Shown piece after piece: positions 1 to 15,700 of a stretch of DNA of 64,000 nt. Position numbers and translations under genes: made by a program. The DNA is from Chrysomallon squamiferum (Eukaryota; Animalia; Mollusca). Under the pieces are notes generated by a model. It was given only the letters and a program-made list of their open reading frames with translations. It searched no databases and was not told where the DNA came from. Each line of letters begins with the position of its first letter. The stretch's first letter is position 1. The stretch covers positions 22,940,001 to 23,004,000 of the forward strand of contig CM022670.1 in the NCBI GenBank assembly GCA_012295275.1, in the 5' to 3' direction.

Positions 1-60
1 TTGCTCCTTTATTCTATATTAAAAAAAAAATAATAATAATTATAAAAATAAAAACGAAAA

Positions 61-97
<37 letters not shown>

Positions 98-177
98 TAA
101 AAAAAAAATAAAAAAAAAAAATAAATAAATAAATAAATACATAAATATAGCAAAAAACACACAAAAACAACACTAAC

Positions 178-3100
178 CTTTCCTTTGCTCATAAAGTTGA
201 TGAAATGGATCAGGCTCTTTTGTTGCTTTGGTGTGAATTGCCCTTAACCTCTGAGTAAACGAAGTAATGAAAGAAAGTTTAGAACAGTAAATAACAAAAT
301 ATACCCAGCATTACCACAGAGAAAAAGTAGTGTTTAATAAATTATAGTATAAAAACTGGAATTAAAACCTTCGTAAAAAGACCATTTTATTAGAATTTAG
401 ATACTGTCATAAGTGAAAGAAATACAAATTTTTAAATAACAAATTTTAATAAATACATTTTCTTACATAATTTTATAAATAATAAAAGTAATTTTTTTTA
501 TAACTATTTTACACACACATATTCAATTATATTAAAAAAAAGCAACTTTCAAATTAACAATTTTATAAAAATGAATGCATCTAAACTTATTTTAAAAGAC
601 ATCCTCAAACTTTATAATTTGAAATAATTAAATTTACAAACTTTTATACTAAATTATTGATATATAAAAAAATAAGGAGAAAAAAAAATGAGAAATAAAT
701 TATAAAACAATTGAATATATGTATAAAACATTTTTTACCTTGTTCAGTTTATCTGTTTCCTTCTTTATAAACCGAATATCATCGCTCAACTTCTGTTCTT
801 CCAAAATAGTCTTCACAGTTTCCTGTCGCACTTTTTCATGTTCCTTCTGTAACCTGATGTAATTACTTAGAAAGGTTATTTAACTATCATAACAGATCAC
901 TAACAAAAAAATAACTATTTTTTTATTCAGATGACAGACAAAATGCAGTTCTGCCATTATAAACAAGCTTTAAAATGTTTAATACAAGTTTTTATAATAA
1001 AAAAATAAAGATAAACAAATTAACCCTAAAGAAAGTTTGAAGTAGATAAATATATTAACATAAGCGCTGATAAAATGAAGATAATTTTTTTTTTCAATGA
1101 CATAAAAAATACAGTTCTGCCATTTTAAGCAAGCTTAAAAATGCCTAATACAAGTTTTTATAAGAAATATAAAAAAAAATTAATGATAAACAAATTAACC
1201 CTGAAGTTTGAAGTAGATAAATATATTAACATAATTGTAATCAATAAATACCATAAATCAAAGAAAGTAATCAAGTGACAGCCAAACTGCACTAGAACTT
1301 ATTGATCTGATCATTAACTTTCCTCATTTTTGTTGTGTTTATAGATTCCAGGATATTTACATGAAGAAATTCTTACCAGTTAGTGTCAAATGTTCTTTGA
1401 CCTTTTGTTGTAAAATAGCAACCATTATAGTTTATAACAATACTTGATAAAACAATTTTCTGTAACCTTGAGTGTTTATAACAAAAATTCCTATATCATG
1501 TCTTAAGTAGTAATTAAAATCATCAGTTTATGAAGCACTGGTTTACAGTATTGCATTGTTTGAATTGATATGCTAAGTCTATGCTATATAAATATTAAAC
1601 CATTAAACAATTACATGCACAACACAGAAAATCTTTTAAAGCAAAGAGGAAAACACTGTCTTACCTGTATGCTATTTCTTCCTGTTTTTCTATTTCAGAT
1701 TTTTCTTCAATGAGCCTAACTTGAAATTCTTCAGGTGATAGAGATGGGTTGACAGCTTTTTATACTGAAAGAGTAATTTTCATTGATAATGAAGATGTAC
1801 TATGACAAATATATCTGAAAGGTTAAAAAAATAATTATATGTTAAATTTAATCTCTTCACCTGATTGTAGTCTGTTTTTGTTTTTATTACATTTTTTTTT
1901 TACTGTTACTGAATTTTCTAAAGTTTTTAATAACAGAATGTTGGGAATTTAATATAATTTTATCTTTGATACTACTTTATTTCATATTTTATTATCAAAA
2001 ATTTATAGATATATGAGAATTTTTTTTAAAATTGTAAAAAACCAAAACATTCATACTTACAGAAATAAAAACAGTAATTACTGGGTGTGTTAAATAATGA
2101 TTGTTTAAACACAGTACTAACCAGATCCTTCACAAGTTTGACTTTTTGTTGGTTCAGTTCCAAACGTTTTTTTTCTCTTGTAACTTGGGCTTTTCTTTTT
2201 TCCTGCAAATGTTATTTCCAAAGAAATTATTTTTCAATCTTGATATGAAAATACCACAATGTGATGCTATTAAAAGGCACATAAATAAGATAAAACTAAA
2301 ACTAAACAAATTAAACAGTGAGAATATCACAGCCTGCAAATGGAGATAATCAATATTTCTAATACAGTTGTTTAATGTTTAACATCAATAATTCTAACAG
2401 AGACCTTGTGAAAAAACATACCTCCATTTGTAGTTTGATATAAATAATTAATTAATAAAAACTCTGAACTAAGTTTTAAAAAAAATTAACTTACTTTGTC
2501 CAAAATAAACTTTTAACACATTCTCTTAGCTTTATGAAAAATAATTGTTTTCTAAATTAAGAAGGTTGTTTACTTACCTTTAAGGACATAAGCTTGTGCT
2601 TTCGTTCTTCATATTCAGCCACTCTTTTGAAAAGAAGTTTAAAATTATAATTAAATTAAATATAACTCAAATTTTAAAAAATAATTAATTCTTATTAAAG
2701 AATGATTTTTTTAAAAACCACCCCAAAATCAGCTTAAAATACATAAAATAATTTTAAAAATTCAGACAAAAAATTCTTTGAAAAATGTTTCACTTATTCA
2801 GATATTTATAAATTTCTAATGACCATTTTTTCCTTACAACAAAATAATGCTGTTCAATGTTACTGCCAGAGGCCACAACAAAAACAAAGGGTAAGGATAT
2901 GAATCTCAGCTACAACATTGCTGATAGAGTATCACAAGCAGTATCAGTGAAGATAAAAGTGACCTCTCTTCAGGCCAAAATCACTTCTTGAACAACATGT
3001 GGGGTACAATGTTAGGCACTTCAAGTTGTGGTGTAAGTGCAGCAAGGTAAACAATAAAAGTGTGAAAAATAAACAAATTTGCCAGATAACATCAATAAAC

Positions 3101-3494
3101 ACTGCTGACCTGTTACATTTAGGGACAAAATTCTCAAAAATATGACCACCATGATAATCAATGAAACAAAATAATAAATAAAGAAAGAAATATAAGAACA
3201 AATTTTACTATAATTTTATTGCATATTATTGCAGATGTTGAAAATAGTTTGAAGAAAGAAAATAAAATCAAAATTAAAAAAAACTGAAAAAATAGAACAA
3301 TTTCAGTTTTTACCTTGTTTTTCGAATTTGCAAACACGAATCGGAAAGCCTGTGTCCTAAACATGAGAAAACATTCACTGGTCCGAATTTGTACTCTCCT
3401 GTAAAATGAGAGAAAAAAAAAAATTCAAAATAAAATTATTATTAAATTTTCAGTTTACTTAAATTGTACAAACATTTTTTACACACACAAACAA

Positions 3495-3539
<45 letters not shown>

Positions 3540-4628
3540 GATAATAACAATAATTAAATAATTAAATAATTAATAATTAAAAAAATAATAAAAATAAATA
3601 AAAATAACCAATTAGCTGACAAAATCACAATCTTTAAAATTTATGAATTACATTTATTATTATAAAACATTTTTTAATCAAGATTTATCATCACCAGCTG
3701 AACAATGTTATCTGCAAACTAAATATTCTGTTTTAAATCTGATATTTATTTCTATATAATTATAATAATAGAGGTCAAATCTGATTATATATAGTTACAT
3801 CGTCAAGTTAACACACACACACATACACACAGAGATATGCACAGACTGAAGGTTACAACACATAATATATACAAAATTGCATAAATGCAAGAAAAAAAGA
3901 AACTTACAGACAGTAACTTTGTAACAATTACATGTCCTTGTTAAAAATGTGAACAAGAAAATAAATGACACAATCTCTGCACAATGGGTAACATTTAGAC
4001 ACAAACCGTTTAGTTTACATTTTTTTAAACAAATTCTTAATTACAGAATCACCCTAGATATAGTCACGCTAGCCTAAGTTCAACACCTATGTATGGGGGC
4101 AGACCTTACAAAAGAAGTAGTAGATTCTGTAGATAAAGAACTCTAATTACAGAGCTTAGTCTATATATTTCAGTATTCCACAGCCGTATAAAATGTATCC
4201 CTAGGTGTCACATTCAGATTATACTAGCTAATGAATGATTGGGGGTTTAACTATGACAAAAGTACTGGCTATCTGATATGGAACATAAAGATAACAAAAA
4301 GATAAAATAAAATTATTATTTTCAAAACGATTGTTTATGGTTAAATGTGTACAGATGTGAAAATGTCAAGAAATAATTTTAGCACCTGTTTTTTGACATT
4401 TGTAAAAATACAATAAATAAAAAAATAATAAAAAAAAATAAAATAAAATAAAATAAAATTTAAAAAATGTAACAGTAAAACCAACTGATTGGAACATATT
4501 ATGGTTTTTAAGTAAATCTATGAATATATCTGAAATATAATAGGCATGGCAAATATATAGAGCTGAACTGATAGTTTTCTGAATAAAAAACAAAACATCA
4601 TATAGAACATGTTTATATCTGTATGTTT

Positions 4629-4664
<36 letters not shown>

Positions 4665-6475
4665 AACAAGCAAACTGAATTTTACAAATAAATACCAATA
4701 ATATTTTCTTTCAATAAACCTCATTGAAGTGTAGCATAATACACAAAAAGATATTTAATAACATTTCTCCATTGTATAACTAGGCGTGGCTACCTTTCTT
4801 CATCATTCTGATTAGGTGGCAGGCAATGTTGAACTCATCAGGGTCAAGTCTTCCGTCTCTGTTCACGTCAGCTATGTCCCAGACAAGTGCCAGACGCTTG
4901 GCTGGCAGTCCACTCAGCAAGAACAAATCTCTCGCTAAAACACCTACAAAATTAAAACTCTGACTCAAAGAAAATATGTCTGTAATTTCAATGTTTACTT
5001 GTTGTTTTTTTCTGAACGTAATTACAATAGCAGATGTTGAACACAAAAGTAGAATTATATTAATGCAGTTCATAATTTTAATGTTACTGGGTTTTTTTAA
5101 TTCTTGTTTTTTTTCCAACATAATTACAATATCAGATGCTGAACACAAACATACTATTATATTTATGCAGTTTATAATTTCAATGTATTTGTTTTTTTAA
5201 CTGTTATTTTTTTCCCAACATAATTACAATATCAGATGCTGAACACAAACATACTATTATATTAATGCAGTTTATAATTTCAATATATTTGTTTTTTTTA
5301 ACCTGAGTTACTAAAATAATTTAAGAAAAACAATATTATACATATACTTAGTTATTATTATGGCTGTTATAACTGATTGATATCACTAAAATGACTAATT
5401 ATGACAATTCATGGAAAAACTTTTATAACTGAGGACAAATGTCATTCAAAGACTGAGTCTCCTAACTGTTACACTTTAATTTTTTAAATTTATTTTAATT
5501 GCACAAATTTACTGTTTATTAATTTGTTTTAGAAAAAAAGATATATTTTAATACTTACTGCTACCATATTTGTAATCAGATTATTACCATTGAAAGAAAT
5601 TAAACATACATGAACTGCTGACAAAAATTTATATGAATATATATATATATATATTTTTATTACATAAAATTAGATAATTACATAATTACATAATATTTAG
5701 TAAACTTTATGAGGACTTGTGTTATAGAAATAACCACTGTAACAACAACTAAACACATACCAATTTTAATGTGGAGTCATTTTTTTTTTTTAAAGTTTAA
5801 TTAATGTATTTCACAATTGTGAAATATAATTATTCATATATGAGATTTTGAATAAAAAATGAAAAATGAAAAAAACATTAATTATTTATTTAATTTTCAA
5901 TAACTGACAATTATTGACTCATTATTTTTTTAACCATTTAATTGTTACCTTCAATGAAACCTTTTTTGTTGTCATCAAGAGCATTAAATAAGTTTGAATA
6001 TGCTTCTTTTTCTCTGGGAGACATTACAATTTTTTCAGTCTTAGTCTTGGGTACAGACAAGGCACGAGGTAGAGATTTGGGTAACTTCTTGTTCTGCAGA
6101 ACTCCGTGAACCAGGTGCATAGCCAGAACAAACTCGTGGACATCCAGCAGGTTGTCATTGCTAACATCGGCCAGATTCCTAAAACATTCACGCATTGGAT
6201 TAAACACAGTTATTATCAGCTTTGCTGTGCATTCTAAAACTAACACAACACATTTTGATACAGTTTACATGTAGCAGTTTAAACTAAATATTTAACATCT
6301 TAAATATATTTTTCCCGCATCCATTAATGTTACTATGTTATTTATTTTCTGGCAATTGAGTTTTGCAAAACATAAAAGAGTTATTTCGTAAATAGAAATT
6401 AACTAAAATATTATATTTAAAAATGTAATATGTAAGCTGAGTAAATAAATGCAAGACAAAAAAAAAAAAAAAAAA

Positions 6476-6571
<96 letters not shown>

Positions 6572-7112
6572 TCAGTCTTTCATGTACTTTGTACAAAATA
6601 ACATCATCAAAAAAAAAAAACTGTCAACCCATGCATTCCACAGAAGCTTTTCATTTTATTGTCATACTGTATTATTAACAAAAACTGGTCACTGGAAATA
6701 AAATAATCATTTGTAAAAGAAAACAGAAATCCCAGTGAAAACATTAATTAAAAAATCCAGATTTGCTTCAGCAGTTAGTGTTTACTTTGTTATCATGTAA
6801 ATTATTACATTGAAATTTTGCATTTACATTCTTAAATCATTATTTTAAACTTGAATGTATGCAGTACAAATAATTTTCTGACAACAACTTTTTATTAATC
6901 ATTATATTTAAGTTATATTCTGTATTCAGTAAAACAAATTGTCCAGCAATGTGGCTAGAAAATAAAAAGTTGAAAGAAATGAGATGGTAATATTTTATAT
7001 TTTAAAATAAATTTTATTTAGATTACAATAAAATTTAGTATTAAACCATAACATTATTATTATCATCATATTATTATCAATTTCATTATCATCATCATCA
7101 TCATCATCATCA

Positions 7113-7168
<56 letters not shown>

Positions 7169-10100
7169 TAGATTACATTATTACTATTGTAAACAATGAG
7201 GTATTTGTAAAAAAAAATAATTATACTGAAATGAAAGAAAAATCCTTCAGAATGAATCATTTAGTTTTGGTATTTTAATCTGGCATTCAGGTCAAGTGCT
7301 GGTTAAACATTTTTCTTGAATATGTTCTCCATTCAGTTGCTGGTGGGGTACATTTTATTGTTAAAAATGCCATAATTCTACCTGCAGTTTGAAAGAACAT
7401 GACAATTTGAAGTGACAGAAGGTCAAGCCCTATAAATATTTGCCTCATCTCTCTTGGGAGTCTTCTGTGTAAAAAAAACCTTTAAACTGATTTTCTAAAG
7501 TTACTTATTATTTCAATGCACTTTTTTTTTATGAGGTTTATGTTCTGTTTCTCTCTCTTTTTTTCCAAACAAGTTTCTTTATTCATAAAGATTCCCAAAT
7601 AAAGTAACAATAAAATGAAAAAGAAGCTGTTTATTCTTAAATAAAGCAAAATTATAAATATTTTTAAATGAATCTGAATTATGCTAACTTTGAAAATAAC
7701 ATTTAATAAAAAAAACCTAAAATATGACTGTTATGCTAGAGAAATTTGTTTTTTCATTAATATAAGAATTCACATGTCTCACAAGATAAAATGTTTGATC
7801 TGTGCAAAGAAGCTGAACTGAAGGGTTCCAAAATAAGCCAAAATGACATTTATGTTTCTTAAACTTCATCTGTCTCACAGAAATGGTCTAACTGTTCTTT
7901 TCTAAATCAAAAAAGACAGTTAACTGATTTGGTGAATAATGCCTAAGCTGAAAAATACCCATTTAATTCCACTTTGAAAGAAATACAGTGAATAGTAGAT
8001 TTTGTTTCCTTCAGTCAAAGAGGCAAGATATTTATGACTAAACGATGTGATAAAAGAATTATGTTCAGTAATAAAATGTGCTGTAGATAAGCCAGTGAGT
8101 ACCTATGGATCTCAAGTTCAGATGACTTAACTGTTTGCTGTTCTCTGCAGAGTATCAAGGATGGTTCACAAAGACATTATTATTTTGTTAGACAACCAAT
8201 TTATTGTTTTCTTCTTTTTCAACACTGTCAACTGCATAATTACATACACAGCTAACAAATTAAACAGTGTTGAGATAGTGTGTAATATTTAGTATGTTTA
8301 TGTAAACAGTGTTATGGTAAATTAGGATGTATGAATGGTTCTACCACAAAACTGCATAAACATGCCTGTCATGGACACAACAACTTGTTTCATTGGTCTG
8401 ATCTAAGACAGTTCAGAAATCTGTGTATATATACATATACATGTATATATATAGCATTAACTTAATGACACAGAAGTAATCTGCTTATAAACTATTTGAG
8501 TTATTTGTTAAACAGTCTCTTATCATAAACACAGGCTATCTGCCACAGCATTCACTAGATAAAACTGCAATAAATCATGTCTGACACAATAACTTTGAAA
8601 ACATGGTATAACCAAATAGGATTACAATCAATAAACTTTAAGATGTCTATGTTAGATATCACATTACTGCTACCAACAGAAAGATCAGATATAGAAGATT
8701 TTAAAATTAAAAATGTCAAGAAATGATCAAAAATTTTGAAAACATTGCAAGTCCTATTTGATAACAGCCAAAGAATTCGAAGAAAAAAAGTTCAATTTAG
8801 ATACCATATTACTGGAAATAATAGTAATTATCTGAGAGCAAGTTTATGTTGTTAAAAAAGTATGTTTTCTTCCTTTTAAGAACATTCAGGCCTATATATT
8901 GCTTTAAAGCAAGCGATGCTAATAATGCAGATTCTAAATAAATGCAAAATCATACAAAACCATATTACTACAGTTAATGCATGGAAAATATATAACAATG
9001 GCTGATCATGTCTTGTATTAATGTCCATGACCTCTGAATGGTATTTTTGAATGAGATTTCTGCTTAGATAAGTATTAAATCAATATCTAAAGGAAGGTAA
9101 TCTCACAATTAAGAGGGGAATGATGTCAACTGAATACAGAAATGGATTAGCTTATTGATAAAACAGTCTAATAACTTCAGTTATTAGTTCAGATTCCATT
9201 TCTATGATTTTTCATTACATTATTGTAAACAAGATGCTATATAAGATGTTATATAATTTGTAGAAAGTAAATTATAGATATTTTTTGCATCCAGAATAAT
9301 GACAGTGTTATTAAGAAAATTTAACATTATATGTCCAAATGCAAGCACATAAACCAGCATGCATATATTTCAAAGGAGTACAAAATTTTCAATTTTCTAT
9401 TTTATCATCTTGTAACCATTGCACTAATATTAGTAACTTCAAGATGGCATTCCTTTATTTTTGAACTAATTTTAAAATCTTAAATTTAACACTTGTAAGA
9501 GCTCAGCCATTTGAAATTGTAATTTATCAGCGTACTAACGTAATATTAAAGTTTGTTTAACATGTGTAAATGTATCAAGTGAGAATATTCAGTGAGATAC
9601 ATAAAAGCATTGTCAGCAATAAGTGGGTCACATACCCTTTGGCAAACTAGATGTATGTTCTTCTTTTATCAAAGCCACCTGTGAATGAATGCATTCACCT
9701 TCACTACAAATTATATCACAATATGTGAGAAAGTTCGCTCTGTACTTTCTCTCTGTTTATGTAAATTGAACTCAGAAAGTTTGACATATTGTATTATACT
9801 GTATTTTAATGCAGTTTGATTACAAAAATATACTTTCGCATTAACAAAACAAAATATTAAAAATCTTTGGCTTTTAATAAAAAGCATTATTAATTTTCAA
9901 TTTAAATTTGTGTTCAGCTTTTATATAGACTTAAACTTGACATAAACATGAGGTTTGACTTGTAAATGCCTGACAGTAAGAAGACTGTATAAATCATACA
10001 CAGGTCTATTATTAATTGTAAAACAGTGAAAAAAAAGAAGAAAAAAAAAAAAAAAAAAAGGTATTTTGCCTAAGGCAAAAATTGTCAAAATCACGACAAA

Positions 10101-11930
10101 AAACTAGAAAGATTACAATTCATTATTTAACATAAAAACAATGTGTTGAATGAATAAAATTATTTTAATTAATTTATCAACATATAATAATAATAAAATC
10201 TAAAATTAGGATGTCATAAACAAATGATTCTGTTAAATTAAATGTATTTTTAAGCAAAAATTGTAAATCATATGTATTTAAAAAAAGAAGAAAGTAAAGG
10301 TATAATTTTGAAAATAAATATTAAATGTAAAGAAACAAATAACCAAAAAAAATTTCTGAGATGCAGTTTTAAAGTCTTTGCAATCATTAAAAACGTAAAT
10401 CCAGAATATATATATATTCAATATTTTTTCTGAAATGATTTTTATGTCTTTGTCTTCTCATTTCCTTCTTTTTATTTTTCGTTATTTACCAAGTAGTAAG
10501 TGGCTACATTCCACATGGTATTAACCTGCGTGAACCAGTTAATGTCTGCAATAACATGTTCATTCTCTGAATAATGAAATAACTGCAAAATCTGAAAATA
10601 CCAGTGACTGTATAATGTTAAAACATTTTTCAAAAACAAATCATTACTTTTGCCCTGTGATGTTGTCTCAGTGACTGGATCAAACATCTGAAACCATTCA
10701 TGCTTGGTAAGCAAAGCAAAAATTAAAAGGAATGTGTAGTTTAAAAGTTAGTCAATTCTTGACTGTGCCTGACAATATTTATCATATCAAAAAAGGAAAA
10801 TAATGTTTTGGCAAAAATATTTTTCAGAATTTTAAAAGAATATTTTACTGTTTTACTGAAAAAGTCAAATACCCATCTTATTTAGATCCAGTAAAAAGAA
10901 AAACATGTTTAACTTTTTCTGTTATATTATATGAAACACTGATTAAGTTTAATTTTGTTTTCTTTGTTTTTATTTTGCTTTTCATTTACCTTTTTCAAAA
11001 TATATACAAAATGATAACCATAAATTTTAGACAACAGTCTAAATATATTCAAAATAACTTTAAACAGTCCACTGAATTTCAATTTAAATTAATGTCTGGA
11101 AGAATTATTTAAGAAAATTAAGTAACAGAAGAACTTTGATGTATCTCCCTGAAAGGTTTATTATTTTTCACCATTGTTTATTAGAAGGCAAAAAGTGTTA
11201 TGGGCAGCACAGTACAGTTTAGTCTTTGTTAGGTTAATGGGAAAAATACAAACAAAAAATAACAAATAACAGAAAACACTAATCACATTTAAAACAAGCA
11301 CATGCAGCACATGAAATGATATCAATGTCAACAAGACACAACAAAAGATTATTATATTATGTTACAGTGGATTCCTTGTCACTTGATTTATGTCTCTGAA
11401 TAGCTATGCTGGATATGTTTGTGTGTGCAACTGCAAACAAGTGCATAATGTGGAAATAGTAAATATTCACCTTATGCATCTAGGTAAATATAACTGTAAT
11501 ATATTTAACATGGATTAGAGTTTAATAATTCCCCAACAAAACATTTCATCACCTAATATAACATCCCCTCTCCAGAATACTGCTTCTCTCTGTAAACTCT
11601 TAAAAGGGTACAACATCATTTTAAAAATAAATGTGTTTTGTTTTTCATTTACTACGATATGCAGTTTTATTGCATACTTTAATGGAAATTTTCTTTATTC
11701 AGTGAACGTTAATGAAAATAAAGTGCTGCATTATTCTTGTCAAAATATCTGTTTATGTCAGTGAGAACATTATTCTTCTGCATACAAATATTTATAGTTT
11801 CCAAAAGCTGATCCTTCCTAAAAATATTTATTTATTTATTTATTTTTTTTTCTTTGTTTTTGTATGTTTGTTTGTTTGTTTGTTTGTTTGTCTGTTGTTG
11901 TTGTTGTTATTGCTATTATTATTTTTATTA

Positions 11931-11970
<40 letters not shown>

Positions 11971-12742
11971 CATTATTATTTTTATTTTTCTTCATAAAAA
12001 TTGAATCACCTAGTCTTATTGTTCTGTCCAACTGTAACAGTCTAAGAAAAAAAAAAAAGCCAATTACTTTTTAAAGATATTTAATATCAAATTTTTTATG
12101 ATAAACAATTAAGAATTTTTAATATATTTTCACTGTGGGTTTTTTTTAAACAATTTATTTTTAAAGATATTGGTAATATGTTTATAAAAAATATCCAGTT
12201 TCTTTTCTTCTTTTTTTTCTAACTGAAACTCATATTGCTTTTAAACAAATTAGAGTTTTATGATTAAATAAATTTATCACATAACTATTGTGCTAAAGTA
12301 TTGTGTTTGTAATTTGTATCAATTATATTTATGGAGACTTAATAAATGAAATTTTTTGTGTTGAGGTTTAAGTATATAAATTACATTATTATGCAATTTA
12401 TATACTGATTGAATTAAATTACTTTTGCCTATCAAAAGTATTTGTAAGTTTAATATTAGGACCATTTCCTTGATATCTTTTCTTCTTCTTTGTGGTTATA
12501 CCCATATTTAAAGAAATAACAGTAGTTTTTAACAAAGTTGATAAAGACATAATTAAGGATATTTCAAGAGGTATGATGCCATGTTTACTTGGTTTATTGG
12601 TGTATTAAATATAGAATCAGTTCAAGAAAAAATAATTTAATAATAATAATTTAATCTGCTATAATGTTGATATCTTCCATATTAAATAATATTCATACAT
12701 AAAACCCAGTTTATATGGAAACCATGGAGTTTCCAAATGGAG

Positions 12743-12794
<52 letters not shown>

Positions 12795-15700
12795 CAACAA
12801 CAATAAAATTAACAACAAAAGAAAATCATCCTGTGTTTTAACTTATAAAAGCTAAGTAAAAAACAATACAAAAATTTACAATTTCTGAGGGATGGGAAAT
12901 GGTGAAAATCAAATAGGGAGATAAGTGGAAACGAATGTTCTGATGTGACTTCATTTTCACCTTTTTCTCTTTTAGCTGGTTCTGTTACAATTTGAGCAGT
13001 CAATATTGACCAATGTCTCAACACAGGGGTGCCAAACAACACTGCATCCAAACATTTGGACAGCAGGTCGCAGCAAATAAACAGCACAAGAAACAATCAA
13101 TTAGACACACTCAGTACAGGTGGCCCTGCATACTATCTAGATTTTAATGGTTTAAATAAACATTTTACAAAACTCATTAAAAAAAAAAAAAAAAAGTACA
13201 ATTGGTCTTATTTTTCCTAATCTGATTCAAAGTTATAAAGATGACATTAAGAGTTTATATACATATAGGAATATTAATGTAAATGAAAAATATTCCTAAA
13301 ATGTTTTTTTTTAGTGAATTCTAAATTCATGAACTAAAAACAAATAAATGTTTTCTTCATCATAAATATATTTTAACATAAACTACATATGATTATTTCT
13401 AAACAGATTCTTGTACTTACCAAATCTGGCTTAAGGTTGGTAAAGGTAACGTAGATTTGAGAAAGAGGTCTCTTGCTTTTGTTTCTGAAATCATAAACAT
13501 TATTTAAAGTAATTTCAGGTAGGTGTCTGCATAATGCAAGGTAAAACAAAACACACGACAGTATGTGAAAAAAAATTGTAGTAGGTATTGGCAGACCATT
13601 AATTATTTTTATTTTTATTAAATACAAAAATATTTCTCAATTTTATTTACAGATTTTCAATCAGTTGTTGTCATCATTGTTATTCTTCATTTTATTGTTT
13701 TGTGTAGATTTAAAACTCAGTTATTTTATGTTATTTTAATTTTAAAATATTTCTTAATAATTCCCTTGAAATATTTGTTCACATGTAAACCAGATTTGTG
13801 TATAATTTGTTCTGTTCAGTGGTAACATGATGTTGAAAATCCTCACAGATTCAGATACTCATGTCAGCTTTACATGCAGCTACACAATCAATATATTGTA
13901 AAGCTGGTAACATAACAAATTATTTTGTCTAAACACATGTTACCTGAAATGAAAAATACCTTTTTTCATTCAAAAAATACAATACAGCCATTAATGATTG
14001 TCATGTATTCATTGATTATGATATAAGAAAGTTGTTTTCTTCATTAATTTTAAACAGTAGAGCTTCATTACATTTGATAAATTCCTTTCTATTTTTCACT
14101 TTCTAAAATGTTTTAATATCTCATTTGAATGACATTCTTGCTGAAGAGGTCAAGAATAGAATGTTATTTAATTTATTAATATTAAATACTAGTCTTTTTT
14201 TCTTGGTTCTTACTTGGAAAAGTTGTAATGCAAAACATTTATATATTTGCTATTTAACAAGACAAATAAAATTTGCATTAAAAAAAATTAAACAAGGTGC
14301 CAAATTCAAACAAAAAGACACAGATGATGTGTGTGTGTGAAATATTTCATAACAATGATACAAACAAAAGCAAACTGAATGTAATAGCAACTGTAATCAC
14401 AAATGTGTTTGCATGCTAAAACAATCTTTGACAGATAATTTACAAATCTATTTTGAGACCATTTCTTCAATTTGAAATGCAAACTGTTTACATTTTAAAA
14501 AATATATTGTTTGTGTGTTGAAAAATATGTCTGTCTGCAAACAAAAATGATTCTGACCGTTAATGTGTTGATGTCAACGGAATCTTACCTCCTGAACAGT
14601 GCAGGTTAATAGTGCAGTAAATATGGCTGGTATGTGCAATTTTTTGTTTATTTTGTTTCAGTGATAACATTATCTGTTATTAATCCGATACCAGGTCTCA
14701 TAAAATAACAAAGAGAGAAATACATGCTGACATATTCAAATTTCAGCAATGCAGAGATGTGGCAAATTACCAGTTTAAACCTCTAATGAACAGGAAAATA
14801 TATGTTACACTTTGTCATTGTCAAAAAAACATAAATATTAATGTAATATCTCTTTGAAGAATATATGAAGAGAAACTAATTTAAGTAAATTAAATTAACT
14901 TTATTACACCAAGTTATATGTATTTATACTGCAAATATATATATATTAATTTAAATATATATTTTATCTATTCTAAATTATATGCTTTAATACCCGAAAT
15001 ACACACACACAGTAAATTAAATTAACTTTATTACACCAAGTTATATGTATTTATACTGCAAATATACATATATATATTAATTTAAGTATATACTTTATTA
15101 CGCTAAATTATATGCATTAATACTGCAAACACAACACACACACACACGTACTGAATATTGTTTTTTATTGTTTGTTTTATTTTATTATTTATTAGACACC
15201 CTATCATTTATCATTGTTATTAATTTAGATATTAAACATGGTGGCTCTGTGCCAAGGTATGATGGACAACAAGATTAATCTTCCTTAGTTTATCAATCAG
15301 GCTTAATCCCATTAAAACCAGAGCCACATGATTTATTTATCCAAGGAAAGATGCAGAAATGTTTGAATTAAAAGCATAAAAGCAAATAACTTTCTAAACA
15401 AAAAGATAAAACTTACCATCTAAGTATCCTTCCAAAGGTCCTTGACTGAAGAAAAATATTTCATGCTGTGTGCGTTCCTCCCTTGAGATAGCAGGCCATT
15501 CTTTGCTACCTTCAAAATACCAAAATTACGATTTGATAAATTAAAATGTTTAGTAAGTTTATATGTGACAGAATATATGTTAGTACTGCAAAGGTTTATG
15601 TAAGAAATAAACACAGTTTTCTGGTCAAGACTGATGGTGACAGTTGTTAATACACTTAAATTCTGAAACATTTTTTTAATAAAGTGACTTTACAAACTAG

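Noticed and set aside
11712-12074. 120-aa hydrophobic ORF, plus similar poly-L/N/I/Y, ER and YI ORFs at 25088, 50436, 53823, 54885, 58870, 60269 and 61679
   Set aside because: These are translations of (TTA)n, (CT)n, (TA)n and 24-bp repeats, with no splice-consistent coding signal.
13024-13128. hAT-like termini (CAGGGGTGCCAAAC ... CCCTG)
   Set aside because: Only 5 bp of terminal inverted match and no 8-bp target-site duplication.
15237-15330. Stem of about 12 bp (CATGGTGGCTCTG / CAGAGCCACATG) enclosing about 70 nt, considered as a C/D snoRNA
   Set aside because: The box C is imperfect, there is no CTGA box D next to the stem, and it is antisense to the host transcript.
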